The position numbers and the translations under genes were made by a program. The notes under the pieces are model-generated. The model searched no databases, was not told the origin of the DNA, and was given only the letters and a program-made list of their open reading frames with translations. A DNA stretch of 64,000 nucleotides from Elephas maximus (taxonomy: Eukaryota), in NCBI RefSeq assembly GCF_024166365.1, contig NC_064828.1:30567814-30631813 (forward strand), given 5' to 3'. Shown in pieces: positions 63,411-64,000 of this stretch (position 1 is its first letter; every line of letters starts with the position of its first letter).

Positions 63411-64000
63411 TTTTTATATATAAAAAAAAATTTATATAAGGCAGTATAAAATAGATACAAGTCACATATTGTTCTCAAAGGAGAGACTGATTGCATACAC
63501 TGGGCAGTGAGGAGCAGGTTGCTTAGAGGAAGTTTCACAGGAAACTTTGAGCTTAGTCTTGAAGCACGAGAAGGGAGAAAGAGGATTTCATGCCAGGATG
63601 AGCTAAAGCACAGAAAAGTACTAGGGATATTCTTGGGTCATTGCCACAACTGGTGTGACTAGAACAGAGGACATTAAGGGCTCTAGAGAGACATGGGTAG
63701 AAAGGTATTTAGAGGCTGGAAGAGGGCTGCATTTGGTCCTTGGCTTTCCTACCCCTGTTGTGCCTCTTAGATAAATGGTGCCACCTGAAAAATATGTCCC
63801 AGACAGACTTGAGTGGAATATTTTGGGACACTTATAATTTCTTAAATTTAGTAAATGGGTAAACTGTAGAGGATTCCATGTGTTTCATGATAGAGTACTA
63901 GATTCAAGCAAAAGATTATATATTTGATATCATAATTTCTAGAGTTTCTAATTCTTTAGTTCTAAACTAAGCCTAGGAAACTCTAGGGGGCAGTTCTGCC

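Overview
This window is eukaryotic nuclear DNA, not a prokaryotic locus. It contains spliced, multi-exon genes, CpG-island promoters and dense retroposon content. The dominant repeat is the tRNA-derived AfroSINE (about 20 copies, each starting GG(A/G)GCCCTGGTGGC..GGTTAAGAGC..GCTGCTAACCAAAAGGT.GGCAGTTCAAATCC). This places the source in an afrotherian mammal (elephant, manatee, hyrax or tenrec lineage). Gene content and order reproduce the human 14q11.2 block KLHL33(-) – OSGEP(-) – APEX1(+) – PIP4P1/TMEM55B(-) – PNP(+). I reconstructed the coding exons of four of these genes by translating across GT/AG junctions. Every junction keeps frame, and the summed CDS lengths give 335 aa for OSGEP, 318 aa for APEX1, 277 aa for PIP4P1 and 289 aa for PNP, the sizes I recall for the human proteins. 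KLHL33 is recovered as four coding exons. They include an upstream exon that supplies the N-terminal half of the BTB domain. The first ~14.6 kb is intergenic. It is dominated by a roughly 8 kb L1 element on the minus strand (ORF1 and ORF2 remnants, a nested AfroSINE, an internal inverted duplication) and a ~230-bp-arm inverted repeat near 1.7–2.4 kb. Other contents are RTE/BovB-type LINE 3' fragments, an unclassified ~650-bp interspersed repeat with internal ~72-bp tandem units (3 copies) and simple repeats. Regulatory highlights are the OSGEP/APEX1 head-to-head CpG promoter (three CACGTG E-boxes plus a CCAAT box), tail-to-tail APEX1/PIP4P1 poly(A) signals ~170 bp apart, a (GGC)8 tract in the PIP4P1 5'UTR, and a TATA+CCAAT PNP promoter. 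I see no CRISPR array, no operon and no genuine tRNA or rRNA gene. I found no evidence of a novel 'system': the notable content is gene-structure, promoter and repeat biology. All coordinates were derived by hand and may be off by a few bases.
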